DNA of 55,786 bases, from assembly GCA_044344255.1 (NCBI GenBank), contig JBIJDH010000036.1, forward strand, positions 1 through 55,786. The letters run 5' to 3'. This stretch comes from Myxococcota bacterium (GTDB lineage Bacteria; Myxococcota_A; UBA796; UBA2385). The notes under the pieces are model-generated. The model searched no databases, was not told the DNA's origin, and worked only from the letters and a program-made list of their open reading frames with translations. The position numbers were made by a program, and so were the translations under genes. Shown piece by piece: positions 28,128-37,455 of the stretch (positions are counted from its first letter, which is position 1; each line of letters begins with the position of its first letter).

Positions 28128-28493
28128 TCAGCCCTCGTCACCGTCGTCGGCGCCGTCGTCACCGTCGTCGTCGCCGTCGTCGCCGTCTTCGGCGCCGTCG
28201 TCACCCTCGTCGTCACCGTCGTCACCGTCGTCGTCGCCCTCGTCGCCCTCGTCGCCCTCGTCGCCCTCGTCGCCCTCGTCGTCGCCCTCGTCACCCTCGT
28301 CGTCGCCCTCGTCACCTTCGTCGCCCTCGTCACCTTCGTCGCCCTCGTCGCCGTCCTCATCGGAGGCCGAGCCCGACTCACGGGCCGCGCTGGAGGCGCC
28401 GGCGCCGGAGAAGAGGCCGGCATTGTCTTCGCAGCCGGTGGCGAGGAAGGCGAGGCAGGAGAGGGCGAGCAGCATCATTCGATGGAGAGACAT
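28128..28493 (-). CDS. Small hyper-acidic lipoprotein with Gly-Asp-Glu repeats
   Basis: LATGC lipobox; C-terminal ~75 aa made almost entirely of D, E and G. Confidence 0.7.
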   Translation of the reverse strand: MSLHRMMLLALSCLAFLATGCEDNAGLFSGAGASSAARESGSASDEDGDEGDEGDEGDEGDEGDDEGDEGDDEGDEGDEGDEGDEGDDDGDDGDDEGDDGAEDGDDGDDDGDDGADDGDEG

Positions 28494-28673
28494 GGAGGCT
28501 CCAGACGGTCGAGGGAGGGACATGGGCGGCGGGGACACCGCCCGGTCGGTGACGACGGGGCCACCGACCCCCGCACTGTAAGGGTCCCCTACGACCCTGG
28601 CGCCTGTTCACGTGACGAGAACAGCCCCTTCCGTACTCCATGTTGATACGCACGCACCGCGCCTGCCTCGTGC

Positions 28674-30518
28674 TCAGTCCTCGCCGGCCGCGGTCGCCTG
28701 CTCGCGCCGTCGGGCCTCGCGGGCCGCCTTCAGGCGAGTGGCGACGTGGGCCAGCGGGTCTTCGACGGGACCGCCGGGTTCGGCGAAGCCCGGCAGGCTG
28801 GGGGCGGGCGGCAGCGGCGGGGCGCCGTCACGCACCCGCGGCGGGGGCGTGGGCCAGCGGGCGAGGAGCTGTCGCTCGGCCTCATCCGCCCACGCGCCCT
28901 CGAGCGGGCGAGCGAGCCGAAGCCCCTGGTCACGAACCATGTTGATCGGCAGGCCCTCGCAGCGGGCCTCCACCCGGCAGTCCCGGCAGCGCACCGACTT
29001 CGACCGATAGGCCTCTCGGACGTGGTGGCGGGCGAGGCCGCGGACGTCGAGGCGGCCGGTGTCCGGCTCGAAGAGCGAGGGGTCCAGGCGATGGATCTCG
29101 TCCACGAGCACCGTGTGGGGGGCCGCGCAGGCCGGCAGCCCGCTCGTGCGCAGCGGCAGCCCCAGGGCCCCGAAGAGCTCGGCCGGATCGCGCACATCGG
29201 CGGCGATGGCCTCCGAGACGTGCTCGTGGCTCGGCTGGTGGACCCGGAGCCGCCCGAGCCGCTCCGACAGGGCCTCGCGGTGCTGGAGCATCCAGTCGGC
29301 GGTCTCCCGGTTCAGTCGGACCTCTACCTCCACCCCGGGGGCGAGGGGCGCCCCCACCCAGGCCTCGAGGGCCGCCGCGTCCTCGGCGATCAGGCGGAGG
29401 GGCGGCCCCGCCCACTCGGGGAGGGGCGCGGGGTCTATCACCGCCACCTCCAGGCCGGGAACGTCGGTGGGGAGCGAGCCCTGGGAGACGCCCGACAGGC
29501 CCACGCGGCTGCAGCCGAAGGGGAGCTCTGCGGGGATGTCTCCGCCGGGCGGCACGGTCCACACCTCGAAGGCGGCCGCGCTCTGACGGGCGATCACGCG
29601 GTCCATCGTGGTGCAGAGCGGCTCGATGAAGCAGTGGACGCAGCGGTCTGCCTGTCGGCACTCCAGGCGCTTGCCGGTGTCGAGGTAATTGCGCACCATG
29701 AAACGGCGGCCGTTGATCTCGTCGAGCATCTTGTGCGGATCCTGGATGAGCTCCTCCAGCCCCTCCAAGAATTCGACCGGGAAGCGGTTGGTCCAGACGA
29801 CGAAGCGCGGGTGCCGATTGAGGCGAAAGACCTTGTGCAGGACCGGCAGGTGGTCGCGCACGTCGTAGAAGAGGTCATCCTTGTTGTCGAAGGCGTTGGC
29901 CTGGGGGATGACGTGCAGGAGGTCAAACTCGGTGACCCCGACCGAGATGCAGAGCTCGACGATCTTGTCGAGCACCGCCACATTCTGCTTGTTGATCACT
30001 ACGTCGACGTTGACGATCGGGCCCGCGGGGTCGCGGAGCGCGCGCACCATGCCCTTCATCAAGCGCACGAAGGCCCCCTCGACCTGGGTGAGGTGGTCGT
30101 GCAGCTCCGCGGTGTGGCCGTGCAGGCTGAAGGTGATCTCGCCGAGGCCCGCCGCCATACACTCGCGATAGAAGGCGGCGTCGGCGAAACGATAGCCGTT
30201 GGTGACCGTCTGGACGCGGTCGTAGCCGATAGACCGCCCGTATCGGATGAGCGCGGGGAAGGCCGGGTGCAGGCTGGCCTCGCCGCCGCTGATGATGACC
30301 TTGTCGGCGCCGAGCTCCTCGATGCCGCGCCGGAGCTCCGCCTGGACCTCGGCCTCGGGGAGGAAGATGTTGCGCGGCGTGTCGGCGTCGAGGCAGAAGA
30401 GGCAGCGGCTGTTGCAGGCGGTGACCGCCCGCACCCAGTGTTTGGCCCGGTTGGCCACCCGCTCCCGCTCCAGCAGGTCGCTCCGATCGGCAGGCCCGCT
30501 CGGCCCTGTCTGCGCCAT
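28674..30518 (-). CDS. Radical SAM protein with extra Cys clusters (HxsC-like N-terminal domain)
   Basis: CNSRCLFC, SGGE, TNG, SLHG...HD.LT; additional C-x5-C-x2-C-x5-C and C-x2-C-x5-C-x-G motifs; GAGGAG SD. Confidence 0.9.
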   Translation of the reverse strand: MAQTGPSGPADRSDLLERERVANRAKHWVRAVTACNSRCLFCLDADTPRNIFLPEAEVQAELRRGIEELGADKVIISGGEASLHPAFPALIRYGRSIGYDRVQTVTNGYRFADAAFYRECMAAGLGEITFSLHGHTAELHDHLTQVEGAFVRLMKGMVRALRDPAGPIVNVDVVINKQNVAVLDKIVELCISVGVTEFDLLHVIPQANAFDNKDDLFYDVRDHLPVLHKVFRLNRHPRFVVWTNRFPVEFLEGLEELIQDPHKMLDEINGRRFMVRNYLDTGKRLECRQADRCVHCFIEPLCTTMDRVIARQSAAAFEVWTVPPGGDIPAELPFGCSRVGLSGVSQGSLPTDVPGLEVAVIDPAPLPEWAGPPLRLIAEDAAALEAWVGAPLAPGVEVEVRLNRETADWMLQHREALSERLGRLRVHQPSHEHVSEAIAADVRDPAELFGALGLPLRTSGLPACAAPHTVLVDEIHRLDPSLFEPDTGRLDVRGLARHHVREAYRSKSVRCRDCRVEARCEGLPINMVRDQGLRLARPLEGAWADEAERQLLARWPTPPPRVRDGAPPLPPAPSLPGFAEPGGPVEDPLAHVATRLKAAREARRREQATAAGED

Positions 30519-30662
30519 CCTCGCTCCTCGGGGTCCCCGCGCGGAGCCCCCGTCGCACCCTACCCGAATCCCAACCCTCGAGGGGAGCGTCCCTGACGAA
30601 GTCCCTACCCCAGGCGGGCGCGGGATGGGTCAAGTAGGGGCACCCCGACCCCTGGCGACCCC

Positions 30663-31949
30663 ATGCGCGACTACTCCAACACCGCCCTCACCCACGCGCC
30701 GCGCCCGCCGATGGCCTTCGTGCCCTGCGAGGCCCCCCCGCCGGCGACGCTCCCCTACCCGGAGCGCTTTCGCAACCAGATCGCGCTCGACACCATCCAC
30801 GACGGCGACGTGCTGCCCGCCGAGTACCTCGTCGACCGGCACGGCGAGCCGATCCCGGAGTCGGTCTACCTGCCCCACTACGTCACCGAGCGGGACTGGG
30901 GCGCAAACCTCGTCGCCGAGCGCATCGCCAGCCAGCTCGGCCTCGGCGGTTACCACACGGTCACCACAGCGCGCTGCCTGATGGACTTCGGGCGTTTCCC
31001 CGGCACGACGGTCCAGGGCGGCGCGGCCCACCTCCGCCGCTTCGCCATCAACTACCCCTTCTCCGAGCTCCTCTCCGCGGCCCAGCAGCGGCGCGTGCTC
31101 GTCGAGCAGTACGACGCCATCTCGGCCACGATGGAGCGGGCCATCCGCGGCAAGCTGTTCAAGCTCGCCATCCACACCTACGACCGCCTCAACAAGAGCG
31201 GCACCGAGCGCCCCCACGTCAGCGTGGTGAGCCGGCCGCTCGGCTACCAGAACGACTCGCAGATGCCGCACGGGGTCTTCGATCCGCTCTACCCCGACAT
31301 CCTCGCCGAGTTCACCATCGACCGCATCCTGGGCGACCGCATCTCGCTCACCCTCGAGAAGCAGGGCATCCCGGTGGCCCACAATTACCCCTACCTGCTG
31401 CCCGAGGGGAGCACCGAGATCCGCCACCAGGTCTGGGCCTTCTTCGACTGGCTCCAGTACCGCTTCGAGGCCGAGTTCCCCGAGACCGAGGACGACGACG
31501 CCTACCACCTCGTCTGGCAGATGCTGAAGGACACGAACCTGCGCTCGGTGGAGGCGACGGCGCTCCGCAGCTTCTTGCACATGCTCCGCCAAGCGCCGGA
31601 GGGCCGCGAGCAGGAATTCGAGGCGGCCGAGGACGCCTACCACGACATCACCGGCTTCCTCCGCGCCGACAGCGCGGCCGTCGTCCGCGAGTACCGCTTC
31701 AGCGTCGAGCGGCCGATGTCGCTCGGGGTCGAGGTGCGGAAGGACCTCATCTGGGAGCTCGACCGCGCCGGCAACCCCGTCGAGCTCCGCCCCGAGCGGG
31801 CGCTCTACGTCGCCGACGCGCTCGCCGGCGCGATCATCACCTACTTCAACGAGGACCGGCGCCCCGACCGACAGGCCCGTGAGGGCTTCCTGCGCGGCGG
31901 CGCCTGGAACGAGGGCGCCCACCACGACAAGGCCGGCCCCGGGAAGTAG
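30663..31949 (+). CDS. N-formylglutamate amidohydrolase-fold protein (extended)
   Basis: IHDG, DWGA, R..MDFGR, IHTY, NYPY and EVRKDL. Confidence 0.6.
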   Translation: MRDYSNTALTHAPRPPMAFVPCEAPPPATLPYPERFRNQIALDTIHDGDVLPAEYLVDRHGEPIPESVYLPHYVTERDWGANLVAERIASQLGLGGYHTVTTARCLMDFGRFPGTTVQGGAAHLRRFAINYPFSELLSAAQQRRVLVEQYDAISATMERAIRGKLFKLAIHTYDRLNKSGTERPHVSVVSRPLGYQNDSQMPHGVFDPLYPDILAEFTIDRILGDRISLTLEKQGIPVAHNYPYLLPEGSTEIRHQVWAFFDWLQYRFEAEFPETEDDDAYHLVWQMLKDTNLRSVEATALRSFLHMLRQAPEGREQEFEAAEDAYHDITGFLRADSAAVVREYRFSVERPMSLGVEVRKDLIWELDRAGNPVELRPERALYVADALAGAIITYFNEDRRPDRQAREGFLRGGAWNEGAHHDKAGPGK

Positions 31950-31982
31950 CCCCGAGGCAGGCCCCACCGCGGGGGCTCCCGC

Positions 31983-32789
31983 CTACTTCGAGCGGGTGAT
32001 CGAGATGTGCTTGATCACGACGTCCTTCTCGGGGCGGTCGTTCGGACCCTTGGGGGTGTCGGCGATGGCCTTGACCACGTCGAGGTTCCCACACATCCCG
32101 AAGATGGTGTGCTTGCCGTTGAGATAGTCGGGAGCGGCGCGATCGGTGATGAAGAACTGGCTGCCGTTCGTGTTCGGGCCCGCGTTGGCCATCGCGAGCT
32201 GCCCACCCTCGGTGAAGCCGAGCCCGTTGTCGGTCTCGTCCTCGAACTCGTAGCCGGGGCCGCCCATGCCGGTGCCCATGGGGTCCCCGCCCTGGATCAT
32301 GAACGTGGGGATGACCCGATGGAAGATGGTGCCGTCGTAGAGGGGGCGCTTGACCTTCTGGCCGGACTTGGGGTCAGTCCACTCCCGGCTGCCCTCGGCG
32401 AGACCGACGAAATTGGCCACGGTCTTCGGGGCCTTGTCGGGGAAGAGGGCACAGGTGATCTGGCCGAGGTTGGTGTCGAGCGTGGCGCTGAGCTTCGTGC
32501 CGGGCTCGACCCCGACCTCGCGCAGCAGCTCACCCTTCTGCACGCGGCCGAGCTCACTCTTGAGCTGCTGGACCTGGGCGTGCAGGGAGTCGGCCTCCTT
32601 CTCGAGGCGAGCCTTCTCCTTCTCCATGTCCGTCACCCGCTTGGCGAGCTTGTCCTTCTCGGCGACAAGCGCGGCATCGGGCCCGCAGCCGACGAGGCCG
32701 CCGAACAGGAGGGCGAGGGGCAGGAGCGCCGGGGGGAGCAGGAGCTTGGGGGAGACCAGCGGACGGGCAGTCGAGGCGAATCGGGACAC
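31983..32789 (-). CDS. Cyclophilin-type peptidyl-prolyl isomerase lipoprotein with coiled coil
   Basis: APKTVANF, FHRVIPTFMIQGGDP, MANAGPNTNGSQFFIT, LNGKHTIFG; GGAGG before GTG; LVGC lipobox. Confidence 0.95.
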   Translation of the reverse strand: MSRFASTARPLVSPKLLLPPALLPLALLFGGLVGCGPDAALVAEKDKLAKRVTDMEKEKARLEKEADSLHAQVQQLKSELGRVQKGELLREVGVEPGTKLSATLDTNLGQITCALFPDKAPKTVANFVGLAEGSREWTDPKSGQKVKRPLYDGTIFHRVIPTFMIQGGDPMGTGMGGPGYEFEDETDNGLGFTEGGQLAMANAGPNTNGSQFFITDRAAPDYLNGKHTIFGMCGNLDVVKAIADTPKGPNDRPEKDVVIKHISITRSK

Positions 32790-32934
32790 AGAGACCTCCA
32801 GGCCCACCCCGCTATCGCGGCGAGGGCCGCCCGGGCAGCCGAGCGCTCCCATGGGGCGGATCTCCGCGTTCCATGCTAATGGTGCGCCCCTCCGCTGGCC
32901 GCCGCTCCTCCCCGGGGCCAGCCCCCCCGCCCCA

Positions 32935-33855
32935 ATGACCACCTCCCGCCGCCCCCGTCCCATCGCGCGCCCCGCGCCCCGCCTCCGCGCTCCGCTCCTG
33001 GGAGGCCTCATCGGCCTCCTGCTGGGGGGCTGCGAGTCGCCCACGGCGCGGGGGCGGGTGACCGACGAAGCCGGGCGCCCCCTCGCCGCCGTGACGGTCA
33101 GCGCCGAGGGCTGCACGACGACCACCGACCTCGAGGGCGCCTACGCCCTCCGCTGTCCGGCCGGCCCCCACACGCTGCGCTTCCAGCGCGAGGGTTCGCG
33201 CCCGGCCCTCCTGGGAGTCACCATGGAGGCCGAGGTCGAGACCGTGATCGAGACCACAGTCTTGCTCACCATCCCCGCCGAGAAGGGGCTCTACTGGCTC
33301 GCCCCCGACGGCTGGGCCACGGTCCCCGAGGCGCGGCTGGTCCGCGTCGAACGGCGTGAAGGGAAGGACACACACCGCGCCTACTGCATGGCCCCCTCGA
33401 GCGGCGCCCCTGTGATGGAAGCCACTGTGATGGAAGCCGCCGTGACGGTGGGCCCGGGGCGGGTCACCCTCTTTGATCAACAGCACCCCGGCTGGCGGCC
33501 CTTCCGCCTCGACGCCGAGGGCTGCGCCTGGCGGGACACCCGCAGCGCGCGAGAGCAGTGGTCCGTCGACTATCGCGGCCGCGTGCCGCTCCTCGAGCTC
33601 GACGACACCCCCGCTGCGCGAGGCCCGGCCGAGGGCGCGGAGCCCACCGCCCCGACGGAGGCCGGCGTAGAGCCCACCGCCGAGGGCGGAGCCGCCGAGC
33701 CGCAGGGGCGCCTCGTGGCCCTCGATGTCGAAGAGGGGGACTACTTCTTCGCCGACTGGCGCGGCTTCTTCGTCGCCACCCCCGACAGCGCCGATCCCCC
33801 GACCTACGGCGGCGCCTGGCTCCGCGTGCGGGCCCCGGCGGCCGCGCAGCGCTGA
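32935..33855 (+). CDS. Lipoprotein with carboxypeptidase-regulatory-like domain
   Basis: LGGC; GRVTDEAGRPLAAVTV...TTTDLEGAYAL. Confidence 0.7.
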   Translation: MTTSRRPRPIARPAPRLRAPLLGGLIGLLLGGCESPTARGRVTDEAGRPLAAVTVSAEGCTTTTDLEGAYALRCPAGPHTLRFQREGSRPALLGVTMEAEVETVIETTVLLTIPAEKGLYWLAPDGWATVPEARLVRVERREGKDTHRAYCMAPSSGAPVMEATVMEAAVTVGPGRVTLFDQQHPGWRPFRLDAEGCAWRDTRSAREQWSVDYRGRVPLLELDDTPAARGPAEGAEPTAPTEAGVEPTAEGGAAEPQGRLVALDVEEGDYFFADWRGFFVATPDSADPPTYGGAWLRVRAPAAAQR

Positions 33856-33871
33856 GCGGCGCCGCGCTGGC

Positions 33872-34141
33872 TCAGGCGCCGGTGTCTTCGGTGGTCTCGT
33901 CGCAGGTGCGCCCCTCTTCGGAGTCGGCGTCCTTCTGGTCGTCCAAGGCGACCTGACATTCGTCTTGCAGCTCAGAGTCGGCGTTCTCGTGCTCGTTGCG
34001 GAGCTGCGCGCAGTCGACGTCAGGGTCTGTCTTGTGGCACTCGCACATGTAGTCCACGTAGCGCTCGCAGGGATCCTCATCGGAGCATGCGCTGAGCCAG
34101 AGGGCCGCGAGGGCGATAACGGTGAGGGCTCGGCTGGACAT
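33872..34141 (-). CDS. Small Cys-rich acidic lipoprotein
   Basis: LSAC lipobox, six further Cys, GAGGA SD. Confidence 0.7.
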   Translation of the reverse strand: MSSRALTVIALAALWLSACSDEDPCERYVDYMCECHKTDPDVDCAQLRNEHENADSELQDECQVALDDQKDADSEEGRTCDETTEDTGA

Positions 34142-34219
34142 GGGCAATCCTCAGGTTCGGGTGATCGAGGCCGACGGGGTGTGGGGGCGAAGGTCCGGGG
34201 CCCCAAACAGGGAGACGAC

Positions 34220-35011
34220 GTGCCTCCTCTATCGAGACGCTTCGACCAACGCATCGTCTTCATCACCGGCGCCACGCAGGGCATCGGCCTCGCGTCCGCG
34301 CGCGCCTTCAAGGCGGCCGGAGCCACCGTGATCGGCGCGGGCCGAGACCAGGGCCGGCTGCTCGCGCTCTCGCAGGAGATCGATCTGGCGCTCACCCTCG
34401 ACGTGGCCGCGCAGGGCTCCGTGGACATGGCCGTCACGGCCACCCTCGACCGCTTCTCGCGCATCGACGTGCTCGTGAACAACGCCGGGGTGGGCCTCTT
34501 CGCCGATGAGGCCGAGACCGATGAGGCGGCGCTGCGGGCCCTGCTCGAGGTCAACCTCCTCGGGGCGATCCGGGTGGCCCACGCCGTGCTCCCCGGGATG
34601 CGGGAGCGGCGCTCGGGCGTGGTGATGAACGTCGCCTCGGTCGCGGGGCTCCGCGGCTACGCTCGCCACAGCGCCTACTGCGCCTCCAAGCACGCCCTCG
34701 TCGGTTGGACGGCGGCGGCGCGGCGGGAGCTGCTCGGCAGCGGCGTCCACGTGGGCGCGCTCTGCCCGCCTGCGGTCGACACTGGCTTCTTCGACCACGC
34801 CGGCTACCCGGCCTTCCGCGCCGACCACCCCGGCCTCCGGCTGCTCTCCGTTGACACCGTCGCCCTGGCCCTCCTCGACGCCGTCGAGGCGCGGGCCCCG
34901 CTGCGGGTGGTAGGCCCGCGGGCGCAGCTCCTCCACCACATCGACCACCTCGCGCCGGGGCTGATCGACCGCATCCTCCGCCTCCGAGCCGGCCGGCCGT
35001 CGGCTGGTTAG
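34220..35011 (+). CDS. SDR-family oxidoreductase
   Basis: TGATQGIG, NNAG and YCASK; GGAG before GTG. Confidence 0.92.
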   Translation: MPPLSRRFDQRIVFITGATQGIGLASARAFKAAGATVIGAGRDQGRLLALSQEIDLALTLDVAAQGSVDMAVTATLDRFSRIDVLVNNAGVGLFADEAETDEAALRALLEVNLLGAIRVAHAVLPGMRERRSGVVMNVASVAGLRGYARHSAYCASKHALVGWTAAARRELLGSGVHVGALCPPAVDTGFFDHAGYPAFRADHPGLRLLSVDTVALALLDAVEARAPLRVVGPRAQLLHHIDHLAPGLIDRILRLRAGRPSAG

Positions 35012-35020
35012 CCCGCCTGC

Positions 35021-35737
35021 ATGGGACTCCTCCGAAACCTCGCCCGCGGCGCCCTCCAGCGCGCCCTCCCCAAGCGCCCCTCCGCCCCCGCGGGCATCGG
35101 GGGCCAGTTCAGCGCGGGCCAGGATCGGGCGATGGCCGAGCTCGACGCCGGGGTCGAGTCCGCCTTCCAGCTCATCGGCGCCGCCGTGGTCAGCACCTGG
35201 GAGGTGCTGCTCACCGACGTCGGGCGCGCGCTGGTGGGGCAGCTCCCCGAGGCCGATCGCGCCGCCGTCCTCACGCGCTTGAGCGACGCCCTCGTACCCA
35301 CCCAGGAGCGGGTGCAGGCGGCGGGCCGCACGCTCCGGGCCGCCGTGAAGACAGGCACCCAGGCGGGCCTGCGCAGCGGCCAGCTCGCCGAGGCAACCTC
35401 CCCCCTGCTGCCCGTCGTGCGCGGCCTCGGCGCCCAGGTGGCCGAGGGATGGGCGAGCTCCGTGGCCTACCTCGAGCCCGCCCTCGCCCGGATGGACGAT
35501 CCCGCCGCCTTGAGCGAGCGCTTCAGCGATCTCGGGCCGGCCATCCGCTCCCACCTCGACATCGAGGCCGAGCGCTTCGTGCTGCGGATCGAGGCCCTGC
35601 CCGAGGCCGCCGCGCTCGGCCCCGCCCTCCAAGACGCGCTCGACGTCTGGCAGAAGGGCGTCAGCCGCGCCTTCGAGGTCGAGCTCTACGGCGCCCGCAC
35701 CGCCCTCGTCGAGTCGGCGGCCCGGATCGGCCTCTGA
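35021..35737 (+). CDS. Hypothetical helical protein
   Basis: Host-like codon usage; lies between the SDR gene and nadB on the same strand. Confidence 0.65.
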   Translation: MGLLRNLARGALQRALPKRPSAPAGIGGQFSAGQDRAMAELDAGVESAFQLIGAAVVSTWEVLLTDVGRALVGQLPEADRAAVLTRLSDALVPTQERVQAAGRTLRAAVKTGTQAGLRSGQLAEATSPLLPVVRGLGAQVAEGWASSVAYLEPALARMDDPAALSERFSDLGPAIRSHLDIEAERFVLRIEALPEAAALGPALQDALDVWQKGVSRAFEVELYGARTALVESAARIGL

Positions 35738-35805
35738 GGGCTCCTTTCGCCCCTGAGCGCGGGCAACGACGGGATCCCGGGGGCCCGCGGCATTAGAGGG
35801 GCGGG

Positions 35806-37416
35806 ATGCTCCACAGCTCCGACGTCCTCATCCTCGGCAGCGGCCTCGCCGGCATCCGCCTCGCCCTCGAGCTCGCGCCGGTCGCCCATGTGCGCGTGCT
35901 CACCAAGAAGGCGCGTAACGACAACAACTCCCGCTGGGCGCAGGGCGGCATCGCCGCGGCCTGGCAGGAGACCGACTCCTGGGAGGCCCACGTCGAGGAC
36001 ACGATGATCGCCGGAGCGGGGCTCTGTCGCCGCGAGGTGGTGGAGCGCACCGCCCGCGAGGCCCGGGCCTGCGTAGAGGGGCTGATCGGGCTCGGCGTCG
36101 AGTTTGACCGCTGGGACCGTGACCCCGAGCAGTTTGACCTCCACCGCGAGGGCGGCCACTCGGCGCGGCGCATCCTGCACGCCAAGGACCTCACCGGCGC
36201 CGAGATCATGCGCGCCCTCTTCGCCCGGGTCGAGGCCAGCCCGAACATCGAGCTGCTCGAAGATCGAATGGCGATCGACCTCATCACCGAGGGCTGGCGG
36301 GCCCGGCGGCAGGGCGAGCTGCCCCCCTTCCCCGACCGCGTGCTCGGCGTCTATGCCCTCAACGGCCAGACGGGGGAGGTGGAGGCGCACACCGCGAAGG
36401 TGGTGGTGCTGGCCACCGGCGGGGCGGGCAAGGTCTACATCTACACGTCCAATTCCGACGTGGCCTCCGGAGACGGCATCGCGATGGGCTGGCGGGCCGG
36501 GGCGCGGGTGGCGAACATGGAGTTCGTCCAGTTCCACCCCACCTGCCTCTTTCACCCCCACGCGGGCAACTTCCTCATCAGCGAGGCCCTGCGGGGAGAG
36601 GGCGGCGTGCTGCGGCACCACGACGGCGAGGCCTTCATGGCCCGCTACGACGCGCGCAAGGAGCTCGCCCCGCGCGACATCGTGGCCCGCGCCATCGACT
36701 CCGAGCTCAAGCGCACCGGCCGGGAGTGTGTCTTCCTCGACATGACCCACCTCTCCCGCGCCGAGATCGAGCACAAATTCCCGAACATCCACGCCCGCTG
36801 CCTGTCGCTCGGCATCGACATGGCGGTGTCGCCGATCCCGGTCGTGCCGGCCGCTCATTACACCTGCGGCGGCGTGGTGGTCGATCTCAACGGCGAGACG
36901 AACGTCGAGAACCTCTTCGCCATCGGCGAGGTCTCCTGTACGGGCCTGCACGGCGCCAACCGCCTCGCCAGCAATTCGCTGCTGGAGGCCATCTCCTACG
37001 CGATGCACGCCGCGGAGACCATCCGGGCCCGCCTCCCCTCCCTCTCGCTCCCCGGCGACATCCCGGAGTGGGACAGCGCCCACGCCTCTCCCCCCGACGA
37101 ACAGGTGGTGATCACCCAGGTCTGGGAGGAGGTGCGGCGGATGATGTGGAACTACGTCGGCATCGTGCGCAGCAACCGGCGCCTGATGCGGGCCCGCAAG
37201 CGCCTCGACCTCGTGGAGCAGGAGATCGAGGAGTATTACTGGGACTTCCAGGTGACGGGCGACCTCATCGAGCTCCGCCACATCGCCACCGTGGCGGGGC
37301 TCGTCGTCGACTGCGCGCTGCGGCGCCGCGAGAGCCGCGGCTTGCACACCACCATCGACTACCCGGCCGCGGACGACCGCTTCCTCCGCGACACGGTCAT
37401 CCAACGTCGCTGGTAG
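35806..37416 (+). CDS. nadB: L-aspartate oxidase
   Basis: GSGLAG, AQGGIA, EGGHSARRILHA, QFHPT, ISEALRGEG, HYTCGG, GLHGANRLASNSLLE and ESRGLH. Confidence 0.96.
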   Translation: MLHSSDVLILGSGLAGIRLALELAPVAHVRVLTKKARNDNNSRWAQGGIAAAWQETDSWEAHVEDTMIAGAGLCRREVVERTAREARACVEGLIGLGVEFDRWDRDPEQFDLHREGGHSARRILHAKDLTGAEIMRALFARVEASPNIELLEDRMAIDLITEGWRARRQGELPPFPDRVLGVYALNGQTGEVEAHTAKVVVLATGGAGKVYIYTSNSDVASGDGIAMGWRAGARVANMEFVQFHPTCLFHPHAGNFLISEALRGEGGVLRHHDGEAFMARYDARKELAPRDIVARAIDSELKRTGRECVFLDMTHLSRAEIEHKFPNIHARCLSLGIDMAVSPIPVVPAAHYTCGGVVVDLNGETNVENLFAIGEVSCTGLHGANRLASNSLLEAISYAMHAAETIRARLPSLSLPGDIPEWDSAHASPPDEQVVITQVWEEVRRMMWNYVGIVRSNRRLMRARKRLDLVEQEIEEYYWDFQVTGDLIELRHIATVAGLVVDCALRRRESRGLHTTIDYPAADDRFLRDTVIQRRW

Positions 37417-37455
37417 GGCGGCCCCGGCAGTGATGCACGGGGACCGCCGCCCCGC

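Noticed and set aside
33872..34141. Cys-rich small ORF as a RiPP precursor for the radical SAM enzymes
   Set aside because: It has a clear lipoprotein signal, is not adjacent to either enzyme, and the even Cys count suggests disulfides.
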